A DNA stretch of 52,620 bases from Octopus bimaculoides. Taxonomy: Eukaryota. The notes beneath the pieces are model-generated. The model was not told where the DNA came from. It made no database searches and saw only the letters and a list, made by a program, of their open reading frames with translations. Both the position numbers and the translations under genes were made by a program. Where the stretch lies: assembly GCF_001194135.2 (NCBI RefSeq), contig NC_068982.1, positions 147,458,895 to 147,511,514 on the forward strand. Reading direction: 5' to 3'. Of the stretch, positions 22,570 through 36,886 are shown piece by piece; positions within the stretch are counted from its first letter, which is position 1, and each line of letters opens with the position of its first letter.

Positions 22570-23872
22570 TACATACATGCATACATACATACATATGTGT
22601 TTGTGCGTGTGTGCGTGTATTGGCATGTGTGTGTGTGTAAATNNNNNNNNNNNNNNNNNNNNNNNNNNNNNNNNNNNNNNNNNNNNNNNNNNNNNNNNNN
22701 NNNNNNNNNNNNNNNNNNNNNNNNNNNNNNNNNNNNNNNNNNNNNNNNNNNNNNNNNNNNNNNNNNNNNNNNNNNNNNNNNNNNNNNNNNNNNNNNNNNN
22801 NNNNNNNNNNNNNNNNNNNNNNNNNNNNNNNNNNNNNNNNNNNNNNNNNNNNNNNATATATATATATATATATATACGCGTGTGTTTGTGTAATGCATCC
22901 AAGCATACATGCATGCATTTGTTGCAATAATTTTTTTATAAATGTTTAAATTATTCATTTGCAAACAAAGTGTGAACGGAAGAAGGCGGCAAAAACTGGT
23001 TTTAGATCTTAACATGCTTGTTGAAAGCCGAAACTTGTTCCGAATCAACAGTGCAATCAACGCCGCAACAGGTGGTATGAAAAATAGAAAATAATTATAT
23101 AAAATTTATAAATGGGGAAACATTTTATTTTCTTAAAAATTCACTTTGATATAAGCATGCTACAAACCTAGAATATTCGTATGAACTTCAATGCTTCCGG
23201 AATCGAAAGTCCATGAGAGTGCAATATATATTACAGCTTAGTACGAAGAAGACATCATCTGCGCACATGTCAACATGTCGCGCGTATATGTGCTATATAT
23301 CTCCTGAAGAATAGAGACATAAGCTATACAATTTATTGCACATCCTATATATACACATATATAATTTATTGCTCATTTCATATATATATATATATANNNN
23401 NNNNNNNNNNNNNNNNNNNNNNNNNNNNNNNNNNNNNNNNNNNNNNNNNNNNNNNNNNNNNNNNNNNNNNNNNNNNNNNNNNNNNNNNNNNNNNNNNNNN
23501 NNNNNNNNNNNNNNNNNNNNNNNNNNNNNNNNNNNNNNNNNNNNNNNNNNNNNNNNNNNNNNNNNNNNNNNNNNNNNNNNNNNNNNNNNNNNNNNNNNNN
23601 NNNNNNNNNNNNNNNNNNNNNNNNNNNNNNNNNNNNNNNNNNNNNNNNNNNNNNNNNNNNNNNNNNNNNNNNNNNNNNNNNNNNNNNNNNNNNNNNNNNN
23701 NNNNNNNNNNNNNNNNNNNNNNNNNNNNNNNNNNNNNNNNNNNNNNNNNNNNNNNNNNNNNNNNNNNNNNNNNNNNNNNNNNNNNNNNNNNNNNNNNNNN
23801 NNNNNNNNNNNNNNNNNNNNNNNNNNNNNNNNNNNNNNNNNNNNNNNNNNNNNNNNNNNNNNNNNNNNNNNN

Positions 23873-24075
23873 TTCCTGTTTCTGTTGTGCCTGTAATTCA
23901 AAGGGTCAGCCTTGTCACACTGTGCCACGCTGAATATCCCCGAGAACTACGTTAAGGGTACAGGTGTCTGTGGAGTGCTCAGCCACTTGCACGTTAATAT
24001 CACGAGCAAGCTGTTCCGTTGATCGTATCAACTGGAACCCTCGACGTTGTAAGCGACGGAGTGCCAACAACAACA
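23873..24075 (+). mobile_element. 3' half of a third SINE-like repeat family
   Basis: GC-richer block ending GGAACCCTCGACGTTGTAAGCGACGGAGTGCC-(AAC)n with a terminal stem-loop and short-repeat tail, as in LINE-mobilised SINEs. Recognised from memory of Octopus repeats; the 5' part is in a gap. Confidence 0.5.
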
Positions 24076-24149
24076 TATATACATACATATATATACATAT
24101 ATATATATATACACAAACACACAGTCCTGCGCGCGCGCACGCGCGTAAC

Positions 24150-24350
24150 TTTGTGTTTGTGTTTGCCCCGCACTACCGCTTATTGATGCGTTTACTTCCT
24201 CGTAACTTAGTGGTTCTCAAGAAGATCTCGACAGATTAAGTACTAGGCTTAAAAAATATGAGTATTGAGATCGATTTGTTCTTCAAGAAAATATTCCAGC
24301 ATGACCACAGTCTAATGACTAAAACAGCTAACAAAAAAAGACAAAAAAAA
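24150..24350 (+). mobile_element. SINE family 2, 3' half, degenerate
   Basis: CGTAACTTAGTGGTTC..AAGTACTAGGCTT..CCAGCATGACCACAGTCTAATGACTAAAAC. Confidence 0.65.
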
Positions 24351-24764
24351 CGTATGTATCTGTATATATATATATGGGTGCATATAAATGTATTTTGCAC
24401 GGAAAACCTCTCCAGGTGTGAATAGAATAAGAAAGAATGTTTTATATTCGATTATTGTGCAAGGAAGTGTAAGCGGATCTTGTGATTCAACTTGATATTT
24501 TACACACCCACAAGTATTTGTTATTGCTGCTCAAGAGATGGTTCATTGCATTTTACTTGGTGTTCATTGCTATTTATATAGCCTTAAAATCTCTACGTTA
24601 TTTTGATTTATTTTATTTAAATAATATGAATATCTAATGTTATTATTACTATTTTTAATATTTTTGAAGGCGGCGCGTTTGCAGAATCATTATTTCCCCG
24701 GACAACATGATTTGCGGCAATTTGTTCCGCTTTTTTTTTTTTAATGTTTTGGGGCTCATTCTGC

Positions 24765-24865
24765 TTTAGGGTCGATAAAATAAGTAGGAGTTGAACACTG
24801 GGGTCGATGTAATCCACTTCCCCTCTACACAAGATTGTTGGCCTTTTGTCAAAATTAGAATGATA
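24765..24865 (+). mobile_element. SINE family 1, 3' fragment
   Basis: GGGTCGATAAAATAAGTAGGAGTTGAACACTGGGGTCGATGTAATC core plus tail. Confidence 0.65.
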
Positions 24866-24911
24866 GCGAGTGTATGTATGTGTGTATGTGTGAGTGTCTG
24901 TGTAATTAAAG

Positions 24912-25090
24912 TGAGAGAGAGATAGAGAGTGAGAGATAGAGAGTGAGAGATAGAGAGTGAGAGGTAGAGAGTGAGAGATAGAGAGTGAGAGATAGAGAGT
25001 GAGAGATAGAGAGTGAGAGATAGAGAGTGAGAGGTAGAGAGTGAGAGATAGAGAGTGAGAGATAGAGAGTGAGAGATAGAGAGTGAGAGA
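24912..25090 (+). repeat. 14-bp tandem repeat (GAGAGTGAGAGATA)n
   Basis: Direct reading, about 12 copies with occasional GGTA variants. Confidence 0.9.
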
Positions 25091-27680
25091 GAGAGAGGGG
25101 GAGGGAGGGAGAGAGAGAGAGAGAGAGGGAGAGGGTACATGAATTTTTATAATATTTAGTCACGACAGTTGGAAAAATAAAGTTCCTTTATTCTTTCCAA
25201 TACAACAGAAAATGCTGGAATAAAATAGATGCAAGGAAACATACATGCAGTTTTGCACAATGCTTCATTGGAACTGCATTCTAACAAACTTTGAAATGAC
25301 ACTGAACAACTGAAAACTTCTAACCAGGTAATGGCACTTATCCGAAAGTTAAGCAACAACATAATGGTACTGACATTGGCATGTACTTGGATAGTTGATT
25401 TTGCAAGCTTGTATTTTCGAGTTCGAATCCTATACACAGCAACTAGGCAAGTATTTTCTACTGTAGTCTCTTCCTAACGATTATATGTCTGGGTGCATGC
25501 GAGTAAGAAAGAAACGGAGAGTGAATAAGCGCGTGTGGCGAACAATAACCTCGTCAATCTAATGGATCTCAGGTGGCTTTCGGAAGCCCTGGGTGCAGCT
25601 CTTTCTCTCAGGCCATGTTATATCCTAATGTATGTGTATGTGCCGCGAGTGTGTATATGTACTTGAACGAAATATATACACAAGTACACGTATAACTTGC
25701 ACTGGTATATATCGGCAAACCATGTGAGTAACAGCGTGAAAATTTTAAAACTGCTTTCTCAAATAAGCACCTTGTTTGGCATGAATTTCATAGCGACTTG
25801 GCCATGTCCCAAACATCTGAATTCTCAATTTCCTCACAGCAAACTATAAACTAAGCTATTTCATTTTGTGAAACATTTGTAATCTCCGGAAAATTGTAAC
25901 GCTTACAACAAAGTGAGAACTAATTATGATATTAGCTCATAAAGTTCATTTTTGTGTAATCATTAAAGTTTAAAGGTTTCCGCGTTGGCTTAAATTGTTG
26001 CTCTTATTAAAGGCATATTAAATACATCAATGACCCGTTTATAAGATTCTGTGATAACCGCTTCTGAAGAAGACATTTCATAGCGAACAGCATTTATAAT
26101 TTAGATAATAACTACTTCTCTTTACTGAGGGTGCAATATCTATTGATGAAATTTTCTTGGTTCCCTTCATCAAGTATATTAACGTACAACTTTTACTATT
26201 TATTCAGCCCGCTGTATTCTACCTTTAGTCACTTTATTCGGAGAAAATAATAGTGAAAGAATTGTACAACAAATGTAATGGACAAAATACAGATATAGAT
26301 AAACCCATTTATCTACCAGAAACATTACGATTTCGGCGCTTGGGAAAAATTGTTATCGCTCATCTGGAAAGCGCCAGGATTCAAACGAACGAAAATGATG
26401 TGAAAACTTGTGACTAAAAACAGAGGAAACGTTAAAAAAAAGTCTTGTGATTAAAATAAACAAGAAGAAAAGTAAAAAAAAAACTTGTACAAAAATGGGA
26501 ACTAACATATTGGGCATACAAGCGAGGTTGTGCTTCGACTTAAGACTGAGAAGCAGATAGGCATAGCAAAACTGATAGGTTTAGCATTGAATATGAAATA
26601 TTATCTAAATATCTAATGATATATAACTAGTATATAGAAATTTTAGCATCTTATGAAAACTATATACAGGCTCCTTTATAACTGACCAAACTGGAACTAG
26701 TAAGATTTCCCTAGGTTTTGCGATCAAGATAAAATTTCGCAATCGAATGGCAAACTTTACTAAGCAATATTAAAGTAATATAAACACAATAGTTCATATT
26801 AAGATACACATGCGTAAGGATTGAAGATTTTCAAGAAATACAATATGAATGGTTATAAAAGGGTGTATGTGAAAGTGACTATTGTCTAGGGGATTATGTT
26901 ATAGAGAAAATTACACTGGAATATCGACAAAGGAGACATGAGTTCGAGTTCATCTGGATTGTCGTTATTTATACGTTTTCAAATTCAAGTTTGTGCATAT
27001 GCGTCGTATTTTCTATGTAACACATATGTTTAGCCTATATGCAAAAGTAAGAAAAAACTAAATTATATAATGTTGTGTGTGAGTGTAAATTAAACCTATA
27101 AAAATACGCATGAATGTGTGTGTGTGCGCAAGCACACACATATGTATACACGTATACATATATATATATATATANNNNNNNNNNNNNNNNNNNNNNNNNN
27201 NNNNNNNNNNNNNNNNNNNNNNNNNNNNNNNNNNNNNNNNNNNNNNNNNNNNNNNNNNNNNNNNNNNNNNNNNNNNNNNNNNNNNNNNNNNNNNNNNNNN
27301 NNNNNNNNNNNNNNNNNNNNNNNNNNNNNNNNNNNNNNNNNNNNNNNNNNNNNNNNNNNNNNNNNNNNNNNNNNNNNNNNNNNNNNNNNNNNNNNNNNNN
27401 NNNNNNNNNNNNNNNNNNNTATACATACACACAAATACATATGTTTGTATGCATAGAACCATTTATATGTTATTCTGTCCTGGAGGCCATTGGAAGAACG
27501 CGCACGACCTCTCGCGTCCGTCTATTTATCGCGATTAACAGAATCACGTGAAGTAAAGGAAACACAGCGTCACAATTTATGATCATTATCCTATACATTG
27601 GCAGATTAATTTGACACCAAACGCTCACAGGGCTCCTACATCTCTTCTCCCCTCCTCTTCTCCCTCCCTATCCCATCTCC

Positions 27681-27718
<38 letters not shown>

Positions 27719-28439
27719 GAGTTCTCTCGATCCCCCTCTTTACATTTGTCTTTACATATATCACTATCTTTTTCTTTATCCTCTTTTCTTCCTCGCTCTA
27801 TTTTACTCTTTCTCCCACTATATTCTATTTTCAGTCTTGCAATTTTATTATAATAATTTTATTCCTCGCTGTGCTACCGCTGCAGGGATGGCAAGCAGCG
27901 GCTAACGATTTGATTTACCCCAACTAAATGAGAATTCCGCGAAGATATTACGAACAATAACACATATAAATGCAATAGGGAATCTGTAAGAGAAAGACGT
28001 AAAGAGAAAGGAAGACACATGTAAAAGAATCGTTGTTTATTGCATTTCTGTTATATCAAGATATGCATATACACATACAAACACTAACACCAATATATAC
28101 GTATATCTATATGTCTGTTCTCCCGATTGACAGAGGCGTATGTAATGTGAGACGAAACATTGCCCTTTGATATCTAGTTTCTAGTTACAATAATTAGCTT
28201 ATTTACCATTCATCAGAACATGTTAATCGGCGTGGGGGTTACATATCTATTTATTGTTCTAAATAAACTAAATACGTCCTCTTTATTATACACATGCAAA
28301 TATATGAAGGCAAACATCACGAAATCTCTTACATATATGTGTGTGTGTATACAAGCAATGAAAATTAGCTCTGAAGAATGACTCAAAGTGGCCATACACC
28401 GATAAAGGTATATTTGAACAACAAAGACAAATAACAGAA

Positions 28440-28628
28440 TATTGGTTTCAAATTTTGTCTCAAAGCCAGCAATTTCGGGGGAGGGGATAAGTCGACTACA
28501 TCGACCCCAAAAGGATGAAAGGCAAAAATCAACTTCAGCAGGATTTGAACTCAGAGAGTGAGGTGGACGAAATGTCGTTAAACATTTACGCCTCGTATTC
28601 TAACGACTCTGCCAGATCGTCGCCTTAA
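28440..28628 (-). mobile_element. tRNA-derived SINE (family 1), internally deleted
   Basis: Head and tail align with 503-713; core shortened at TCGACCCC. Confidence 0.75.
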
Positions 28629-28869
28629 ATAGCGGAACATCAAATGCTGCAGGAAATAAATTCTTGATTTATTGAAACTGATGAATTCTTTAAAATTGAT
28701 ATGCTATTAACGAAAAGACATCGTAAATATCTAAAGATAAGAGGCTTAGTGTGGACGTGTGCTTTGGTTTCGATAGGCGGATTCAGCACAGTAGTCTTTC
28801 TACCTTATCTCCAACAGATATAACATGTATACACATACGCACACACAAATACACCGGTTGGTAAGTATG

Positions 28870-28925
28870 TGCGTGTTTGCATATATATATGTGTGTGTGT
28901 GTATGCGTATGTATACAAATGCATG

Positions 28926-28964
<39 letters not shown>

Positions 28965-28974
28965 NNNNNNNNNN

Positions 28975-29011
<37 letters not shown>

Positions 29012-29165
29012 GTATGTATATGTACATATATGCATGTATGTATATATATATGTATGTATGTATATATATTTGTATATATATGCATGTATAATACATGCAT
29101 GTATGTATATGTATATATATATATGTGTATATATATATGTGTATGTTTATGCATATATATGCATG

Positions 29166-29224
<59 letters not shown>

Positions 29225-29270
29225 TTATATATTTGTATATGTATATACATACATATACAAACACACACAT
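28870..29270 (+). repeat. (TA)n/(TATG)n low-complexity tract
   Basis: Direct reading. Confidence 0.95.
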
Positions 29271-29840
29271 ATGCATATTTGGGTACAGGACATCACCAAC
29301 AGTAAGCAACATGAAATACGAAAACAATACGCAAAAACAAGAGAAACAAATGGAAAACAGCACAAGTATTCATAAAGAACGACCCTTCAATAGTTATCAG
29401 CTGTCTCTCTACTCCTCATTTCGAGCATTGAACGACAATATGAATCTTCGAAGACAGTTGCTCCCATAAGTACCAAAGTAAAATTTAGTAATTTATGGAG
29501 GGGTAATAACCCGAAAAGCAGCGGTCTAGATATTCTGAGATTGATCAGTTAGTTTCGGTTTTCACCGTAATCTCTTCTGTGGAATCGGCCCAACTCGCTT
29601 GTTGCCGGACGATTGTCACTCTCAGCATATATGTCTACGCTATAGAAACCTATGAATGATTTAGCGAGTGTCTAATGTGTATACAAATACTTGATTTAAG
29701 CAGTGGTAAGCAAAGTCTGGAATATCTGAACCGTTGCTTTCAGGCAATTACGGTCCCTGTCAGCATGTATGTATACGATTATGTACTTTGACTGCAGCAT
29801 TAGAGCGTTTAGGTATTATTTCTAGCAATGCAGGTGTTTA

Positions 29841-29877
<37 letters not shown>

Positions 29878-30398
29878 TCATATTATGCAACATGTTTTCG
29901 GAAATTTGCAATGGACAATAAGGTGTACCTTTCTGATGAACATAAATATTTAACCGAGCTGTGAGTAGTAAAACTAGGATCAATCTGACTTTTCTAGTCT
30001 TCTGCGAGATTCATCGCAAAATAAAGCAAATACACACACACACACACACACGCACACACATTTGTACCCGAAAATAATTTACTAGTAAATAATTTTACTG
30101 AGTGAAACCAAAGGAATAGCAAATCCGTCTTGTTAATTCGAAAAGTTTTTATTCTTCTGCTTGATAACTAATACAAATTGAAATCGTAATTATATTCTAA
30201 AGAGATTATTTTTCTCCATGAATCAGAAATTAAATTGAATTTTTTTTAATAATGTTTAATATTTTTTCCTAAAATTTTAATTGCTTAAAGCTTCAGGTTC
30301 TTTCTCGCTATTCTATATTTCTATGCTTTCAAAATAAGAGCTCGTTTTCAAAAGATGATGCTGTTTACTATGTCCAGTACGAGAGGAACCGCGGGTCT

Positions 30399-31095
30399 GT
30401 AATTCTTCATCAGTTATCAACCAATTGGTAATATTCTCTTTCTCTCCTTTAACGATCAAACTGAGTGCTTTCCATTTGCGGTGCCCGCAAAAATATTTCA
30501 AAATGGTTTTCGTTGCGGAGATTTAGGGACAAGAGTAAACAAGACAAAACAAAACAAGCAAAACAATACAGGATGTGATTTAGGGCAATGGACAAGGACC
30601 AGCAGTCGAGCAAAATACGGTTTGGGGCCAAGGAGAAGAGAATAGTGGGTAACGCTTAGGAAATGTCATGAAGGGTGGAGAACGGAGAGACAGAATTTGC
30701 GACTGGTCACCTACGGGACCAGTGTAAGAAAGGAAGAAAAAGGGAACTGGCCGCTGGTCACGTGACAGCAGCAGGCAGAAGAGAAAGACAGCAGGGAGAG
30801 GGAGCGGCAGAGAAAACAAGGAAAAGGATGAAGGGGAAGGAGAAAGGCTAGGAATTCAAGAGGGAGAGAGATGCATAAACAAATGACGTAACGTATATTT
30901 TCGAATGTAAAACGAACGGGAGACAAACAGAAGGTTCGTAATTCTTCATCGGTTATGGACCAATTTATAATATTCAGTTTCGCTTCTTTAACGTTTAGGC
31001 TGAGTGCTTCCCAATTGGCGGTGCCCACATAAAAAAAAGATTTTCCTGCGGAGAATTAAGGACAAGAGCAAACAAAACAAAAAAAAACAAGCAAA
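30399..31095 (-). repeat. Two diverged ~160-bp direct repeats (30399-30562, 30938-31095) sharing a peptide-like frame; possible retroelement 5' end / ORF1 start
   Basis: - strand GTANWEALSLNVKEAKLNIINWSITDEELRT versus GTAN/WKALSLIVKGEKENITNWLITDEELQT. Confidence 0.5.
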
Positions 31096-32544
31096 TAGAT
31101 ATAAATATAGATATTGATAATAATAATTATTATAATGATATTTTTAAGTGTAAAGCTAATAAGCGATCACCGTGTATTGACTAAAGAAAATAGTCCAATA
31201 TTAAGGCATATAGGTCCTTGACGGTAAAAGTAGTTTTTCTGAAAGCATGAGATTCGAACCCACACCTCTAATATTCGTGATATGTGTTCTAATCATTACA
31301 CCCAAGTGTATATATTTACGCGCGCGCGTTTGTGTGCATGAGTGTGTGGTGTGTTTGTGTGATTGATTGCGCGTTGGTGTTTGTGTATGTGTTTTGGTAT
31401 TCGTGAGTAGCATAAGTGGAGTGCAACTGTATCCTTCATCAACCGAAGTTGCATTGAAGATTCAGATTGAGGGATGGGTTAGTTCTTGCCTTTAATGTTT
31501 GTTGTATCAAAGATAAAGTACCTGTCAAATAATATATTTCTAAAACAACAGTAACTTTCTAGAAATTTCCCCTAGAGATCGGTGCTCAATTAATAAGGTT
31601 CCGATTGATTTCCATTGATTTCATTCCGGGTCAAAGAATACCTTTTTATATACCTTCTTTTTTTTTTCTTTTTCTTTTTCTTTTTTAAAGGCAAACATTA
31701 AATCTGAGACTTTCATGGGAGGAAGGAACTGAAGGTTTGACATTTGTCAACATTAACAACACAAAGAATATCATTTTAGCCGGGAGTTTAATTCGAGTAG
31801 TTGAGTCAGTTCAGCAAGAATTTGTCATAAAACGAAGTTACCTGCCGAAGGGAATCTAGCAAAGAAATATCAATATTAGTCTTTAGAAAAAAATATCAGG
31901 AAAATGGGGAGATAAATTCTTCAAATTTTTACAAAAATAAACAAATAAATATTTTGTTTTAATGATGACTTCTCTAATTAAGCAATTGATCCCTAAAGCT
32001 ACGAAAAACTGTAAAAGATAAAAGAAAGAAAAGAAGATGCAAAAAGGGAAACAGGAAATTGCGGTGTATCACAAATGTCATTGCGATATTTAATAAAACT
32101 ATTTGGTTGGAATTTATTCACACAAGACCGAAAAGTGTCATGAGTTTATACTTGTTATCAATTATTTTCTACTGCTTTACTACAATCGCCATGCTTCGGT
32201 AAAGACGTTTTGAACATCACATTCGCTATATATTGTTATTGCAAATCTTAAGAAAAAGGTCCTTTCAGCAGAGAAATAAAACGCAAAATTTATTGCAATA
32301 AACATAGCACTAGTGAGTTTAAAGATATTGCTTTCGCTATCATGATAGGGTTCCAAACAAATTTTCAAGCGCTATTTAATATGGCTGCTTAAATACTAGA
32401 TTAAATCCTCGCCGAGTTCGATTTTGCATTACATCATTTCAGAATCGGTAAAATAAAGTATCACTATTTCTTTCTTCTCAGTGTGGGACATGTCAGAAAT
32501 GAGCAATAGTTATTTATTTCAGAGGGATAATCTCGGAAATTTTG

Positions 32545-32645
32545 TTGAAAATAAAGGTCGATTACATAGAATCCAGTATTTCACTGGTACTTTGTTTTAT
32601 TGACCAAGGAAGGATGAAAAGCAATGTCGGCAGGATTTGAACTCA
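32545..32645 (-). mobile_element. SINE family 1 fragment
   Basis: - strand GAGTTCAAATCCTGCCGAC..CTTTTCATCC..AGTACCAGTGAAATACTGG. Confidence 0.6.
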
Positions 32646-33030
32646 TAGTAATGCTGATCAACTCGATGAGTTTGATGTCCGACACCATAACGGTGACACC
32701 GTGTGCAGATGAAAATAAGGATGTTCCGCATCTTAGTTCTCGCGGGATGCCCCTCGAAATCTCCAGATTCTGCAATAGTCACTCTGGAGTAAACAGGTAC
32801 AGAATGGATGAGAAGGCGTACGCTCAGCAGAGTAAATTCAGATACTGATCGGTTTTGACTGGTAACAATTTACACAAACCACCGAGCAAATATTACTGTA
32901 CATTGAAGTGATCAAGTTTCTGAACACACACCCCAAACTAGCCGCCCTGAGAACAGTTGCTAGGTATTGATGATCGACTTTATAGAAAGGTTTCAACTGA
33001 TCTGAATTGATTAAGGCCCCCACTCATACC
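32646..33030 (-). mobile_element. L1/Tx1-type LINE reverse transcriptase core fragment
   Basis: FYKVDHQYLATVLRAA..FRNLITSMYSNICSVVCVN and LLQNLEISRGIPRELRCGTSLFSSAHGVTVMVSD, the decayed equivalents of AFDRVDH..L and ..YADDVT. Confidence 0.7.
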
Positions 33031-33049
33031 ACGTTCCTTACCCATCCTT

Positions 33050-33800
33050 TCTATGATGTATTGCGAGTTACAGGCTGTCGTGGGTAGATATGTTTCGCAT
33101 GGCGCATAGCTGTCTGTCTAACCTACAACTCGCTCAAATAGGCTTCTTATCGAATTGCATTATTGTGGTTTGTACTGATGGAGTTATCACTAATCCATAC
33201 ACTACAGAAACTCAGCCCTGCTGAGTATATATAATGTACGGATTAGTGATTCAGTCATATTGCCTGTAATCTTCCTCCTACATCTCAATGATCTACATAT
33301 CGTGATTCTCAACAATTCTCACTATTACGTGGGTGATACTATCAATAAATATTTCTTTAGCCTTCTGCAACCAAAACATTTCGTGCGTACCTGCTGACCA
33401 GAGAGCTCAAAACATCTTCCGATCAGATCGCGACAAATGTTGTTTCTTTCAACAGGAAAAAGACAGTCACTGAACATATCATGTACACATCATCGCACTC
33501 ACACCAGCCATGAACAACACTAAACAAAAATAAATAAATACTAAAACTCATGATCTCTAAGGATCTTCTTTCGAATGCTTATCCTCAACATGGCAAAGAA
33601 ATAGGCTTTTATTTAAGATTCATGAAATACACCATTCGCCACTGACAACGACTAACCCTCAAAACGTATGTGAATCTCACAAAGACACACTGGTCCGACA
33701 TCTTGAATGTTGTTGATGAAACACACCTATATCCGCGACTGCATTCAGAGGAAGATCACTCGACTGATTAGCATGTAGTCGCTCACCAACAAACCCCAGC
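33050..33800 (+). mobile_element. CR1/L2-type LINE RT fragment, highly decayed
   Basis: From 33251 SVILPVIFLLHLNDL..NNSHYYVGDT (compare GSVLGPLLFLLYINDL..YADDT), and ~33690-33775 LVR.HLE..IQRKITRLI (compare LVRPHLEY..VQRRATK). Confidence 0.6.
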
Positions 33801-35091
33801 ATCTGACCCACAGACATGCTGTCTTTGCTATTCAGTTTTTCCCTCCGCTGTTATAACGGCCTCTACACCTCGGATCTAACTCGCTACGCCCCATTCCATT
33901 CTCGCTCTCGCAACTCTCCTCTTTTTCTCACCCATATTGTGTTCATTGTGTAAGGACTCTAATCACTACACCCAATCCTTCTGCCCATGCTTTAACTTCA
34001 GCCGTCTACTTTCGCCGGTTCAAGTAGAATGTTAATAACACCAGTCCCCCTAGGTATGAAAGTCTGCAAAGACCACACATAAGTGCATAAATCTCATCAA
34101 ACACAACAACAAACTTTTTGCTTTGTTTAAAGGGTTACTCTCCATTCTTCTACATTTTTTTTAGACATAGTGTATCTAAGACTACATTCTCTAAAGTGCC
34201 ATTTATTCTTTTAGACGACATAATGTGACGTACCTGATAATGCGCGCAGGTCGGATGATCATGTAGTGGTTTACTTTGTTGGTTTCAGTACGATAGTAAC
34301 AACCAATCAATGTAAGATTATTATTTTTAGGCACTGTTAATATATTGAAACAAAACATCAGTAAAAATGTGCTTGCATCGTGATCCTATTACTGGGTGAT
34401 ATCTAAAGTTCACATGGACATCATTCGCTTCGGGATTGATTTTTCTTATTGTGAAGATAATAATGTATATATTGGCATTAAAGAGAACATACAAATACGT
34501 AGGTGCTTCTTTAGCTGCGTGTATGTGTGTATGTAGCTATACGCTTACGCGTCTGTACATAGAGAAAAAATTCAGGCATGAACATACGCCCCAGATTAGC
34601 ATTTTTACGCATATATAAAGAATATTGTTGATAGTTTGTATATTGCAAACAGCTACTGTGCGCATGTGCTAGTTTACACGAATGAATGATCTTGCTTGAA
34701 CAATAGATGCCCATAATGCTAATGGTGATGTGACTGGTAATGGGATGCTGGTGAGGGCAGTGGGTGTACAAAATAAGGGCTTGCAACAGAATATGGCTAC
34801 CTGTATGTTTGTGTGTGTGTGTGTGAGTATGCGTGCGTATGTCTGTGTGAGTGTGTGTATATAAATGTGTGTGTGTGTGCATAGGCTTACACTCACGCAT
34901 ATATGAATATATGCTTGTGCGTGCGTGTGTATATGTATATATGTGTGTGTGTGAGAGCGTGTGTGGGTATAATATGTGTGTGTGGGTCCTTACATATAGA
35001 TATATATCTGCGTATATATCTGCGCATATCTATGTACATATGCTTGTAGTTGAGCATGTATACGTATATACATATAGTAACACACACACAT

Positions 35092-35126
<35 letters not shown>

Positions 35127-36189
35127 TCCACACACACATACATTCACAACACATACAATAATATGCGTGCAAGCGTGTCTTTAATCGTGTGTACATGTGT
35201 GTGAATGTGTGAGTATGCGTGTGTGTGTGCGATTGTATCTTTGAATGTGGGTAATCTGGAAAGAAGGAGGGAGGGGAAAATGGGTGGCTGGGAAGGTTGA
35301 GGCGGGGGTACGGATATAGGCCGATCGTTGATGCCGGTCTAACTATCAATCATTAGAGTGAAGAACGCGGCCGTAACGAGTTCGCGCTTGTCTATAATTA
35401 CCTTCTCCGCTTTAATCATATTAACATCNNNNNNNNNNNNNNNNNNNNNNNNNNNNNNNNNNNNNNNNNNNNNNNNNNNNNNNNNNNNNNNNNNNNNNNN
35501 NNNNNNNNNNNNNNNNNNNNNNNNNNNNNNNNNNNNNNNNNNNNNNNNNNNNNNNNNNNNNNNNNNNNNNNNNNNNNNNNNNNNNNNNNNNNNNNNNNNN
35601 NNNNNNNNNNNNNNNNNNNNNNNNNNNNNNNNNNNNNNNNNNNNNNNNNNNNNNNNNNNNNNNNNNNNNNNNNNNNNNNNNNNNNNNNNNNNNNNNNNNN
35701 NNNNNNNNNNNNNNNNNNNNNNNNNNNNNNNNNNNNNNNNNNNNNNNNNNNNNNNNNNNNNNNNNNNNNNNNNNNNNNNNNNNNNNNNNNNNNNNNNNNN
35801 NNNNNNNNNNNNNNNNNNNNNNNNNNNNNNNNNNNNNNNNNNNNNNNNNNNNNNNNNNNNNNNNNNNNNNNNNNNNNNNNNNNNNNNNNNNNNNNNNNNN
35901 NNNNNNNNNNNNNNNNNNNNNNNNNNNNNNNNNNNNNNNNNNNNNNNNNNNNNNNNNNNNNNNNNNNNNNNNNNNNNNNNNNNNNNNNNNNNNNNNNNNN
36001 NNNNNNNNNNNNNNNNNNNNNNNNNNNNNNNNNNNNNNNNNNNNNNNNNNNNNNNNNNNNNNNNNNNNNNNNNNNNNNNNNNNNNNNNNNNNNNNNNNNN
36101 NNNNNNNNNNNNNNNNNNNNNNNNNNNNNNNNNNNNNNNNNNNNNNNNNNNNNNNNNNNNNNNNNNNNNNNNNNNNNNNNNNNNNNNNN

Positions 36190-36244
<55 letters not shown>

Positions 36245-36450
36245 TTGATGATGTTGATGATGATGATGATGATGATGGCGGTGGTGGTGATGATGATGAT
36301 GATGGCGGTGGTGGTGATGATGGAGGTGGCGGTGGTGATAATGATGATGATGGCGGTGGAGGTGGTGGTGACGATGACGACGACGGTGATGATGACAATG
36401 ATGACGATGATGATGTTTATGAGAATGATGTTGATGCTGGCGGTGATGAA
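36190..36450 (+). repeat. (GAT)n/(GGT)n compound trinucleotide array
   Basis: Direct reading. Confidence 0.95.
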
Positions 36451-36610
36451 ACAAAGGAAATTATGAATCTCTCTAAAGAATTAGAAATAACCATTCGAAG
36501 AGAATTGGACAAAAGTACGGCGACGAAAGACTAGTGGTCGTTGTCGCTAAGATGGAGAGAGTGAAAGAGACGGGCGTGAGTANNNNNNNNNNATATACAT
36601 ACAGACAGAC

Positions 36611-36683
<73 letters not shown>

Positions 36684-36810
36684 CTGTGGAGTGCATAGAT
36701 GGATAGATAAATAGAAAGATGAAAGGACAAATTGAAAGATATATCGATAAATGACTTAGGATATAGATAGGTTGACAGATAGATAGAAACAGACAGACGG
36801 ACAAACAGAC

Positions 36811-36886
<76 letters not shown>

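Noticed and set aside
24912-25090. Regular repeats as a CRISPR-like array
   Set aside because: Contiguous tandem units without unique spacers, in a eukaryotic context.
6825-33030. The three minus-strand Tx1 pieces as one shattered element (they are colinear: RT, post-RT, C-terminus)
   Set aside because: The 19.4-kb and 7.3-kb pieces both contain the zinc-binding region with clearly different sequence, so they are independent copies.
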